The notes under the pieces were generated by a model. That model was not told the DNA's origin. It was given only the letters and a program-made list of their open reading frames with translations, and searched no databases. A DNA stretch of 30,304 nt, from NCBI GenBank assembly GCA_964447115.1, contig CAYURV010000001.1, positions 1 to 30,304 of the forward strand, in the 5' to 3' direction. The position numbers and the translations under genes were made by a program. Below are positions 18,906-27,035 of this stretch, piece after piece; within the stretch, counting starts at the first letter, position 1; each line of letters starts with the position of its first letter. The stretch is from an uncultured Candidatus Bathyarchaeia archaeon. GTDB lineage: Archaea > Thermoproteota > Bathyarchaeia > Bathyarchaeales > DTEX01.

Positions 18906-19439
18906 GAAGGCTGAAGTAACAAGCCATTCAGTCTGAAGATGAATTGTTTGCTTAATGTATGTTTGTTGATTCATAGGGAAAATCGTTAGTGGTCTCATTT
19001 TCTATTGCTGAACCTTAATATAGAGGACGATTTGTTTCTCTTCTAATGAAAGAGACAATACTAACTAATGATGATTCTTTTCTCTTATTGTTTTTTGAGG
19101 CAGTGAGGCTCAGATTGGTCATTTCTAGAAGTAGATTTCATTATAACAGAAGTGAAAAATATTGCTTTTCGATCATTGAAGCAAGTAAATAACAGTGATT
19201 CTCCCCCTATTTGCATTGTAGATCCGGTATGGAAAAAGTGAATTCGACCAACTGTCACCTCTGGAATCTTCAACTGCACAAAGCTGAATGTTACCTTTCG
19301 ATTCTACCTTTACCTTAAGTAAACGATACTTTCGATTCAAAACACTACAATCACCGGGTGCTCATTTTTGCACTTAAATGCCCTCCAAGGGGTTGAAGAA
19401 GCGTGTAATTTATGGAGGTTCTATGAAAAAGAGGGGAAT

Positions 19440-20375
19440 CTAAAATCTCTTTCTAATTAGGTAAAGTACCACTGCAACCACGGCTATAACCGCTGCTACT
19501 CCTCCATACAACGTCAATGGCATCTCTGGTGCTGCCTTTACGGTCAAGTTCTGCGAAGTCTGAGTCGATTCATATCCATCTTTTTCGACTGTAATGATGA
19601 TGCTATAGGTTCCTACTGGCAGATCAGCAGTCTCAAGTATCCCCTCATAGTTGCCACCTCCCAGATCTGACAGACTCACAATCTTTTCATCTATTCTTGC
19701 ACTCACCGTTGCTCCCTCGATCGGGTTTTCTGCCTCATCCTTTACAACGGTTGATATTGTCACAGTCTCTCCTTGGGTTGGAGTGTCAGAAGACAACTCT
19801 GCAGTTGCTTGCAGAGTCGGAGACCAAATGCTAGTCTCTATAGCAGTATATCCGCCAGCCCAACTTTCAGTGGGCGAAGACTTATTTAGAATAAGTTCAA
19901 CAAGAACCCCAGAGGTCTGATCCCAGTAGGCAACCATTTCTGTGTCAACATCGTATTCTGACACATTAAGAAGATTTACACTTCTGCTTGCCCCTGCATA
20001 TGTTCGTGTAACAGTATCGTTTATGATCCAAGTAGCGTATCCAATACGAAAGGCATCCCCTTTGCTCAAGTCAGCGGGGACTATCCATGGTTGACCACCC
20101 GTCTCTACGTCCCAATTAATTGTGTTGGTCTCCTCTCTTCCGTCTTCGTAATGAATAGTCGCCAGTACGGTGATTTCAGTGCCACTCAGACTTTGAACCT
20201 CCATCTTTACCCACTCATATTGATCTAGCTGAGGAACTGTTCCGTAAACGACATATTTTATCCAGTCTCCTACCTCTACGCCCACGCTATAATTCGCAGC
20301 CCAAACTGGGACTACAGAAATCGTCACTGCAACAAGAATCCCTGCCAAAATACACCTCATCATTTTTTCTTCCAT
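19440..20375 (-). CDS. Secreted or cell-surface protein with signal peptide, beta-rich domain, Ig-like domain and C-terminal TM anchor
   Basis: Leader ending VWA/A; GVEVGDWIKY beta-rich domain; Ig-like TVTISTVVKDEAENPIEGATVSA...GTYSIIITVEKDGY; terminal helix followed by RKRF. Confidence 0.8.
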   Translation of the reverse strand: MEEKMMRCILAGILVAVTISVVPVWAANYSVGVEVGDWIKYVVYGTVPQLDQYEWVKMEVQSLSGTEITVLATIHYEDGREETNTINWDVETGGQPWIVPADLSKGDAFRIGYATWIINDTVTRTYAGASRSVNLLNVSEYDVDTEMVAYWDQTSGVLVELILNKSSPTESWAGGYTAIETSIWSPTLQATAELSSDTPTQGETVTISTVVKDEAENPIEGATVSARIDEKIVSLSDLGGGNYEGILETADLPVGTYSIIITVEKDGYESTQTSQNLTVKAAPEMPLTLYGGVAAVIAVVAVVLYLIRKRF

Positions 20376-20600
20376 ACGAGTCACTGAAAAGGGAATATGA
20401 ACTATTAGTTATTTAAAATTTCTTGAAGGAGCCGTGTCCGTTATTTCTGTCAGCCTCTATCGGGATTTGAATCTTTCCACGTTTCCTTGTCTATTTCATG
20501 AGCCTTAATAGAGAACGTGGAAATTCGATTTTCTAGGTGAGATTGAAAGTACTTACTGATGAGCCTACTCTACTGTGACCATTACCTTCGCTCTCCTTGA

Positions 20601-21050
20601 CTAAAGTCTTCTTGGTATTCTAAAGTGTGAGTCTTTTCCCGCGCTGACATATTCTCCTCCGAGCTGCTCCCTTATTATGGCGGCTATGCGCCTAAAGTTG
20701 TCTGAGCCTAAGTACTGCCTTGGCTTCACCAGAACGTAATCTTCTGTAACTTCAAAATAAAGCATGCCAGCCAAATCCTGAGGAAATACCTTTTGAACAT
20801 CATCTATGGTTCGCGACCCGACCGAAATTGGAGTAGCTGGAGGAGGAGCCGGCCCTTCAAAAGATATCGTTTGTTGAGCCGATGTAGGCGGCATTAGTGG
20901 CTGGGCTGGCTGCTCTGTGGAAGGGATGTTCATCAATTCCCTGAGGTTTTTAGAGAGCTCGCTGAGGTCTTGCGACAGGAACCTCAGAATTCTGATGAGC
21001 TCGTCGATGCGCCGTAGCACATCCTCCACTTCAGGCTTGTCTTCACCCAT
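20601..21050 (-). CDS. Hypothetical protein: N-terminal coiled coil, Pro/Gln linker, small C-terminal alpha/beta domain
   Basis: Heptad-like N-terminus, PSTEQPAQPLMPP...PAPPP linker and globular C-terminus ending GGEYVSAGKDSHFRIP. Confidence 0.75.
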   Translation of the reverse strand: MGEDKPEVEDVLRRIDELIRILRFLSQDLSELSKNLRELMNIPSTEQPAQPLMPPTSAQQTISFEGPAPPPATPISVGSRTIDDVQKVFPQDLAGMLYFEVTEDYVLVKPRQYLGSDNFRRIAAIIREQLGGEYVSAGKDSHFRIPRRL

Positions 21051-21171
21051 AAGGAACACCTTTCACAGCTTAGTTGCCTCCTTGCATCTCTATCAGAATA
21101 TGTGTCCTCTACTATTAATTGGTTAACCCTCATCATACATCATTCATCTGTTCCAAGTAGTCTTCAATTCT

Positions 21172-21939
21172 TCAGACTTCTGAAAGAACCGTTATAACTG
21201 CCCCTAGAAGCTTTTTCATGTTCCTCTGAACTGACTCATGCTCAAAGGCTTGTAGCCATCCAGTTTCTTTTAGAACGTCAGATATAACCTGCGCAGAAGC
21301 TGCCTCGACAGCTCTATATTTGGCAAGAGAGAAGATCGCTGAAGTTTCCATATTTACGGCTAAGACGCCTTGGTCTCTGAATTTACGGAATTTGGCGCGT
21401 GTTTCCCTGTAGACCCCGTCAGTGGACCAAACAGGACCAACGAGGCACCCGATTTTTTTCTGTTTTAAATGCCTGATTAGCTTCTCTCTGAGTCGCGCCG
21501 AGGACTCAACCCTAATTTCCGGCGGAAGATAGTGATATGAGGTGCCTTCGTCTCGAACCGCTTCTGTGACCACTATTATGTCCCCTGGCTCAAGAAAGCC
21601 CTGCAGACCCCCAGATGCACCGACTTCGAAGATGATCCTTCCTCCGCAGGCAATCAGTTCCTCTAATGTCATAACAGCTGCAGGTGCGCCAATCCAGAAG
21701 AGACCTAGACCGATCTGGGTATCACCGAACTTGCCGACGCAGAAAGGTTGGCGTTCTCCATATATCCACCAATCAGGAAGTCTGCCGCCGATGAGCTCCC
21801 TCCCATATTCATACACATCTCTTTGATACATTATCACTAGGCGTTCTGGAACTCTTACGGTATCCAGCGGCACCTTCCTACTCTCTATTATGTAACGAAC
21901 AAAGTCAGAAGGCGTAAAGATGGGTTCGTCTTCACTCAA
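21172..21939 (-). CDS. Nucleoside phosphorylase (PNP/UDP family)
   Basis: IGAPAAVMTLEEL, AVRDEGTSYHY, WSTDGVYRET and VNMETSA. Confidence 0.9.
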   Translation of the reverse strand: MSEDEPIFTPSDFVRYIIESRKVPLDTVRVPERLVIMYQRDVYEYGRELIGGRLPDWWIYGERQPFCVGKFGDTQIGLGLFWIGAPAAVMTLEELIACGGRIIFEVGASGGLQGFLEPGDIIVVTEAVRDEGTSYHYLPPEIRVESSARLREKLIRHLKQKKIGCLVGPVWSTDGVYRETRAKFRKFRDQGVLAVNMETSAIFSLAKYRAVEAASAQVISDVLKETGWLQAFEHESVQRNMKKLLGAVITVLSEV

Positions 21940-22003
21940 GCTTGTTCACATCAGAATACTATGAATTATACCAATGAGATAGATGATCCTATGACCTATC
22001 TCT

Positions 22004-23299
22004 TTAGTGTTTAAGTTTGTTAAGGAGATGCTCTAGACTCACTGGTTCCTGCCTTCTTTCCTCCATGTCACGTAAGACGACGTTACCCTCTTCCATTTCT
22101 CTTGGACCGACAATGACGGTGCGTTTGATTCCCTTCCTATCAGCTTCGGAAAGGGCTTGAGAAACCGACCTTCCCATGGCCTCAATCTCAGCGCAGAACC
22201 CTTCATTTCTAAGAAGCGAGGAGATCTTGAAAGCTGTACCAATCATCTCAGCATCGACAGGGATGACAAGAATTCTCTCTTCTTTGGATGTCTTCAGGGC
22301 AATTCCTTGCTTTTCCAACGCGAGCGAGATACGGTCTATGCCTGGGGCAACGCCCACGCCTGGGATCTTTCCCCCACCAAAGAGCTCTATGAGTCTGTCA
22401 TATCGGCCTCCTCCGCCGAGAGCCACGTTCATCTCAGGAACATAGACCTCGAAAACCATGCCCGTGTAATATTCCAGGCCTCTAGCAAGTCCGATGTCTA
22501 GGACAAGATCGACTTCTACGTCGCCGGATTTGAGAAAGCTAAGAATCTTTTCTAGATTCTGCAGGGCACTTAAGGCTTCCGGGTAATCATTTACGATCTC
22601 CCGTATGGCTTCAACAGCCTCCTCAGGTTTCTTACTTCTTGTCTTAAGAAGCGCTTCTAGGTTGTCTAGGCATGTTTTGGATCCTCCCAACTCGCGCACC
22701 ATCTTCAACGCGTCATCCCAAAGCTTCCCGTCGAGCAGCTGCATGATGCAGTTCTGCTGGTCTTCGCTGAATCCTTCCTTTTCCACAATGCCTCTGAGAA
22801 TTCCTACGTGACCGACCTTGAAGTAGTAGTTGCGTAGGCCCGTTTTCTTCATGAGGTCATTAGTCAAAGCGATGATTTCAGCATCCGCCACAGGTTCGGT
22901 TGAGCCAAAGAGTTCATAATTCGCTTGCCAGAACTCGCGGTACCTGCCGAACTGCGGCTCGTCGTAGCGGTAAAGGCTTCCGACAGAGAAGAGCCTTAAT
23001 GGTTTGGGAACGGTCTGCATCTTGAAGGCTACCAGCCTTGCCACAGAGGCTGTGAACTCGGGTCTAAGGGCAACCATTCTTCCGCCCCGGTCTTCGAAGA
23101 CGTACATGCGTTTCCTGTTCTCTTCACCAACCTTAGCAGCTAAAAGCTCAAAGTTCTCGACAACAGGGGTGATGACTTCATTGTACCCATAAAGCCTCGC
23201 CAGTTCTCGAGCTCTCTGCTCGATAAACCTAAGCTTCTCGGCTTCTCCAGGTAGGAAGTCCCTCATCCCTCGAACGGTTCGACGGAAAGACGAAGACAA
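22004..23299 (-). CDS. hisS: Histidine--tRNA ligase
   Basis: GMRDFLP, LRPEFTASVAR, motif 2 YRYDEPQFGRYREFWQ, RGLEYYTG, GGGRYD and a C-terminal anticodon-binding domain. Confidence 0.98.
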   Translation of the reverse strand: MSSSFRRTVRGMRDFLPGEAEKLRFIEQRARELARLYGYNEVITPVVENFELLAAKVGEENRKRMYVFEDRGGRMVALRPEFTASVARLVAFKMQTVPKPLRLFSVGSLYRYDEPQFGRYREFWQANYELFGSTEPVADAEIIALTNDLMKKTGLRNYYFKVGHVGILRGIVEKEGFSEDQQNCIMQLLDGKLWDDALKMVRELGGSKTCLDNLEALLKTRSKKPEEAVEAIREIVNDYPEALSALQNLEKILSFLKSGDVEVDLVLDIGLARGLEYYTGMVFEVYVPEMNVALGGGGRYDRLIELFGGGKIPGVGVAPGIDRISLALEKQGIALKTSKEERILVIPVDAEMIGTAFKISSLLRNEGFCAEIEAMGRSVSQALSEADRKGIKRTVIVGPREMEEGNVVLRDMEERRQEPVSLEHLLNKLKH

Positions 23300-23435
23300 T
23301 CGAATCCCTCATTTCAGCAGGCATCAAGCTGCATTGTGGGTAATAAGACTATAAAGATTTCCTTTGGAGACTGAAGACCTGCAATGGTCTCTTGAATCAG
23401 TTCGACAATATATTAATACATGATGAACCAGGGGT

Positions 23436-24446
23436 CTAGAACACCTTGCTCAGTGTTTCAAAAGCGTCTTCCTCTTTTTCCTTGATCCTTCTTAATTCTT
23501 CTGCGCCATTCTTCCTCATTTCTGTGGTCCATGTCGTTGTGTCAATCATGCCTTTTGGCGTCCAGGTTATCCCCTCTTCCTTCTTTACCCAGTGGGGAAA
23601 CGGGAAGTAGATCCATTTGTCGAATAGAGCCTTCATTATGCTGTCGAACTGTTCGGCGGCTTTGCTGATTACCTGTTTTTCTTTAGTTTGGAATTCCTCC
23701 GTTACTCTTCGCAGGTACCTCGCGGCTGCTAGTCGAGCATCGAATAGGCTGTCGTAGACCCAACCATTAACATGCCAGTAATGATGAAAAGCAGCCTCGT
23801 CCAACTTGTTGAACAGATCTTCGTTTTCCAGGTCTTTAATCCAAGCATCGTATGCGGCGAGACCATTAACATAATCATCAATCTTCTCTTTATGCGCCAA
23901 CTCAGCGGCCAGCCTGAACGATTCACGGATGCACTCGAGTCTATTTGGCGCCGACTTAACCTTTTCCAGCTTGAGGATCGACCACGGATCTTTTTCTGCG
24001 ACTGAATACTCGTCGCCTTGGTCATAATAACTTCGGCAGAGAAGCTTACCGTTCTGATAGCCAGTGACGACGCCCCAATCTGGGACCCTAACCAAATTAA
24101 TAGCAACAACAGGGATACCTTGGTCTATTTCTTCCATTACGACTCTCTTTATCTCATCGGGTCTCGAGGTCTCAGATACAAACTGCCCACTATAACCCAC
24201 GGATCTCAAAGCAGGTTTCACATAAGTCTCGTCAAGAGCCGCGTCCGGTGAGCTGGGACACCAGTCCGGCTGATGAAACCTGAGGCGGAAGGCTGCGCCT
24301 GAGACACCCATCAGATAAACGTAGTCCACTACTTCGCCAAGGTAACGAAGCGTCGCATCCAGCGCCCCATAGAATGTGCATTCAATGTCCATTCCCCATC
24401 CGAGGCGGGGTACACCTTTTAGAACCTTTTTCCGAACTTTAGTCAT
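23436..24446 (-). CDS. Hypothetical protein, possibly a BtrH-N/C39 papain-like domain plus helical C-terminus
   Basis: ECTFYGAL, YLMGVSGAAFR, IDQGIPVVA and DWGVVTGY; start set at ATG 24446. The fold call is tentative. Confidence 0.65.
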   Translation of the reverse strand: MTKVRKKVLKGVPRLGWGMDIECTFYGALDATLRYLGEVVDYVYLMGVSGAAFRLRFHQPDWCPSSPDAALDETYVKPALRSVGYSGQFVSETSRPDEIKRVVMEEIDQGIPVVAINLVRVPDWGVVTGYQNGKLLCRSYYDQGDEYSVAEKDPWSILKLEKVKSAPNRLECIRESFRLAAELAHKEKIDDYVNGLAAYDAWIKDLENEDLFNKLDEAAFHHYWHVNGWVYDSLFDARLAAARYLRRVTEEFQTKEKQVISKAAEQFDSIMKALFDKWIYFPFPHWVKKEEGITWTPKGMIDTTTWTTEMRKNGAEELRRIKEKEEDAFETLSKVF

Positions 24447-24502
24447 AAATCCTATCTCCCAAAACCTGACTCTACGCACGGTTCCTTTACATATAAGGCT
24501 TG

Positions 24503-25087
24503 TCATTCGAAAGCCAAACGCGAAAGAGAGTAATAAACAATCTCACCTCTTCTGTTCAAAACAGCAAGGACCAAAGCCTTCTTTAAGCTCTGGACCTGCG
24601 TCAGGATTCGGGCCAAATCCTCTACCGCAACAGGCTTCCCCTCCTTAATACCCAGGATCAGGTAGTCTGCCGTAGACTTGCCGTACTCGCCTCTTTTGTA
24701 TACACGGAAGTCTATGCCTAGACCGAACCCTTCCCTTACCACGTAACCTCTGCTTCTCAGATCTCTGTAGATTAGGTATCTGACCCAAGAGTCTTCATCG
24801 ACGAGGCGAGCTTTTTCAAGAAGTTCCTGAAATGTAATGTTGACACGCCTTTTTTCATCTTCAATCATAATTATGCCTTTGTCGAGAAGATACAACGCCT
24901 CATGAAAGGCTAAAATTAGGCTCCCGTTCTCGGATTTTCCGTAACCCCGAGTAGTGAGACCCTCAGTATCCTCCGAAGACCGAACGAAGACGCCGTCCTC
25001 CCTAAGGACGGTTCTGATAACAATCTTTTCTTCTTTTTCAGGGGCTGCCTCATCATCTTCTTGTGGTTGCATGTTTTCCCTCTCCAA
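24503..25087 (-). CDS. endA: tRNA-splicing endonuclease subunit, probably the non-catalytic (structural) subunit
   Basis: EALYLL, YLIYRDLRSRGYVV, DFRVY and GEIVYY are EndA motifs; catalytic Tyr and His positions appear substituted. Confidence 0.88.
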   Translation of the reverse strand: MERENMQPQEDDEAAPEKEEKIVIRTVLREDGVFVRSSEDTEGLTTRGYGKSENGSLILAFHEALYLLDKGIIMIEDEKRRVNITFQELLEKARLVDEDSWVRYLIYRDLRSRGYVVREGFGLGIDFRVYKRGEYGKSTADYLILGIKEGKPVAVEDLARILTQVQSLKKALVLAVLNRRGEIVYYSLSRLAFE

Positions 25088-25098
25088 AGTCTATGACA

Positions 25099-26130
25099 TT
25101 AGCTTTCAGGGGCTAGCTTATCCATGAATCTCTCGAAGTCTTGTCGTGACATGACGCCCTCTTCGCATATGATAGCCTCAACGTACTTGAGGGGGGTGAC
25201 ATCGAAGGCTGGGTTCGTCACCCTCACGCCCCGAGGGGCAATCCTTTCTGACCCGATATGTGTTACCTCTTCTGGCTTTCTCTCTTCTATGGTTACGTCT
25301 CTTGCTCTATGTGACGGATCGAATGTTGATATAGGAGCTGCGACGTAGAAAGGAACCTCATGTTCGTGCGCTAGAACCGCAACTGTATAGGTGCCTACCT
25401 TGTTTATAACAGCATCCCGAACGATCCTATCAGCGCCCACAACAACCTTGTTCACTGAGCCCTTAAACATCAAATACCCAGCCATATTGTCTGTGATCAA
25501 AGTTACTGGTATCCCGTCGCGCATAAGCTCATAGGCTGTGAGCCGTGCGCCTTGGAGCTTCGGTCTAGTCTCGTCTACGACCACGTTTATCCGTTTTCCT
25601 TCTTCCCATGCCACTCTCACAATAGCCAAAGCCGTGCCATAATCCACGGTTGCTAGGCTTCCAGCGTTGCAGTGGGTCAGAATAACGTCGCCGTCTGCAA
25701 TCAGGCTGGAGCCATGCTTGCCGATCCTACGGTTGACTTCAATGTCCTCATCAGCCATCTTTTGGGCTTCGTTGACAACGGCTTGCCTTAACATTTCAAC
25801 ATTGCCACTTATCTCCTTAACTCGGCTTAAGATTCTTTCGACTGCCCAGAAAAGGTTAACAGCCGTTGGCCTGGTATTCCTAAGGGTCTCCGCTGATTTT
25901 TCCAGTTCCTTTAGGAGTGTATCTCTTCTTTTAGCCTTCGAATGATAAGCTGTTAACGCCATCCCATATGCCGCTGCGACACCTAACAACGGCGCGCCTC
26001 TCAGCCTCATCTCTTTGATGGCTGAGGCCATTTCCTCGCAGTCTTCAACTGTAATCAAAATCTCTTTGTTAGGTAGAGCTGACTGATCAATCGTGACGAC
26101 GACGCCCTCTCTCCATTCAATCGTCCTCAT
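25099..26130 (-). CDS. mtnA: S-methyl-5-thioribose-1-phosphate isomerase (eIF2B-like family)
   Basis: IDQSALP, LRGAPLLG, TRPTAVNL, THCNAGSLATVDYGTAL, DETRPKLQGARLT, VVGADRI and NPAFDVTP. Start ATG 26130. Confidence 0.92.
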   Translation of the reverse strand: MRTIEWREGVVVTIDQSALPNKEILITVEDCEEMASAIKEMRLRGAPLLGVAAAYGMALTAYHSKAKRRDTLLKELEKSAETLRNTRPTAVNLFWAVERILSRVKEISGNVEMLRQAVVNEAQKMADEDIEVNRRIGKHGSSLIADGDVILTHCNAGSLATVDYGTALAIVRVAWEEGKRINVVVDETRPKLQGARLTAYELMRDGIPVTLITDNMAGYLMFKGSVNKVVVGADRIVRDAVINKVGTYTVAVLAHEHEVPFYVAAPISTFDPSHRARDVTIEERKPEEVTHIGSERIAPRGVRVTNPAFDVTPLKYVEAIICEEGVMSRQDFERFMDKLAPES

Positions 26131-26280
26131 GAAGCCACCGTCTAACACAATTTACCGACTACCTTGAAAATACAGATACTATACTATTAATATTCTTTCC
26201 ATTTGCTGAATATGTTCCTCACAGTCTCAGCACAGACCAAACCAGCTGTCATCCGAGCCCCAGAGTTCTACCGAGGTTCC

Positions 26281-26712
26281 TTATCCTTGATAGTTCAGAA
26301 TCCAAAACATAACGGCTTCGGTGGATATGAAAGCTAGAAGAAGCAGAGTCACCCCTCCTATGGAGAGAAATGAGACCTGACGTGGGTTGCGGACATACTT
26401 TGTGCTATGGTAGATCAGCAACAACCCCGCAACGCCTATGGCATATAGAATCATAACTCCTATGCTTCCGACAAGAAGCTGTTCATGTATACGGTAGGGA
26501 ATGTAGGAAAGAAACCTGCCCGACCCTATAGGTAGAATCGCTAGGGGTTCCATGAAAATATCATATATTCCCCCTCCTAAGAGGAAAATGGATATGCCCA
26601 TGACAATAATGGCAATGAAGATAGGAGAAGGCCTATAGGTTGCCAGCTTCAGACCGGCCTTCTGGAGGGAGTAACTGGCTGATGACAGTCTTCTCCTTGT
26701 TTTCTTCGACAT
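26281..26712 (-). CDS. Three-TM membrane protein resembling oligosaccharyltransferase subunit OSTC/DC2 (Ost3/Ost6 TM region)
   Basis: GGGIYDIFMEP...FLSYIPYRIHEQ aligns by eye with human OSTC as I recall it (GGIIYDVIVEP...AFLAYRVNGQ); similar length and TM layout. TATA-like TTTAAA at 26773-26778. Confidence 0.7.
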   Translation of the reverse strand: MSKKTRRRLSSASYSLQKAGLKLATYRPSPIFIAIIVMGISIFLLGGGIYDIFMEPLAILPIGSGRFLSYIPYRIHEQLLVGSIGVMILYAIGVAGLLLIYHSTKYVRNPRQVSFLSIGGVTLLLLAFISTEAVMFWILNYQG

Positions 26713-26807
26713 GTTCTTTCCCTCTGATCACTGACAATTACGGGGTGTGATTATCATAACAACGCGACGAGATTTAAACCTTATTCAACAACATGCATGT
26801 CGCCTGC

Positions 26808-27035
26808 TTAATTATCCTGTTCTTTGGCAGACTCCAAAGCCAAGAGGTGCTGAGCAACCTCCTTGACCCAAACGCCTGTAAGAAGGTTTCCTTGTATTTC
26901 CCTCAGGTATTCATTCCATGATATACCCATAGACTTCTTCCAAGCGTCATAGTTCTTTATGAGATTCTTGTGAGCCTCTTCATGCAGCTTGCAGAGCCCG
27001 CTTTCGGCCTTTCTGCCACAAATCTTACATTTCAT
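26808..27035 (-). CDS. Small zinc-finger protein (CxxC-x9-CxxH), translationally coupled to topA
   Basis: CKIC...CKLH motif; the ATG immediately follows the topA TAG. Confidence 0.8.
   Translation of the reverse strand: MKCKICGRKAESGLCKLHEEAHKNLIKNYDAWKKSMGISWNEYLREIQGNLLTGVWVKEVAQHLLALESAKEQDN

Noticed and set aside
19085-19279. 64-aa minus-strand ORF in the AT-rich gap
   Set aside because: No recognisable motif, GTG start, near the size expected by chance; cannot be supported as a gene.
20455-20475. Minus-strand ATTCAAATCCCG resembling a tRNA T-loop
   Set aside because: The base before TTC is A rather than G, and I could not build a T-stem, acceptor stem or D-arm; no tRNA.
20474-20523. 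TTTCCAC/GTGGAAA as an origin recognition box
   Set aside because: Only half-sites, not the TCCA-N-TGGA core with a G-string, and no cdc6/orc1 gene in the window.
20555-20600. CTGATGAG as a hammerhead core or C box
   Set aside because: No downstream stem with GAAA and no CTGA D box at a suitable distance.
23419-23430. ATGATGA C-box-like motif
   Set aside because: No downstream D box; it lies at the 3' end of a coding gene.
25099-26130. Ribose-1,5-bisphosphate isomerase or aIF-2B subunit instead of MtnA
   Set aside because: THCNAGSLATVDYGTAL and ETRPxLQGARLT fit the methylthioribose-1-phosphate isomerase subgroup better.
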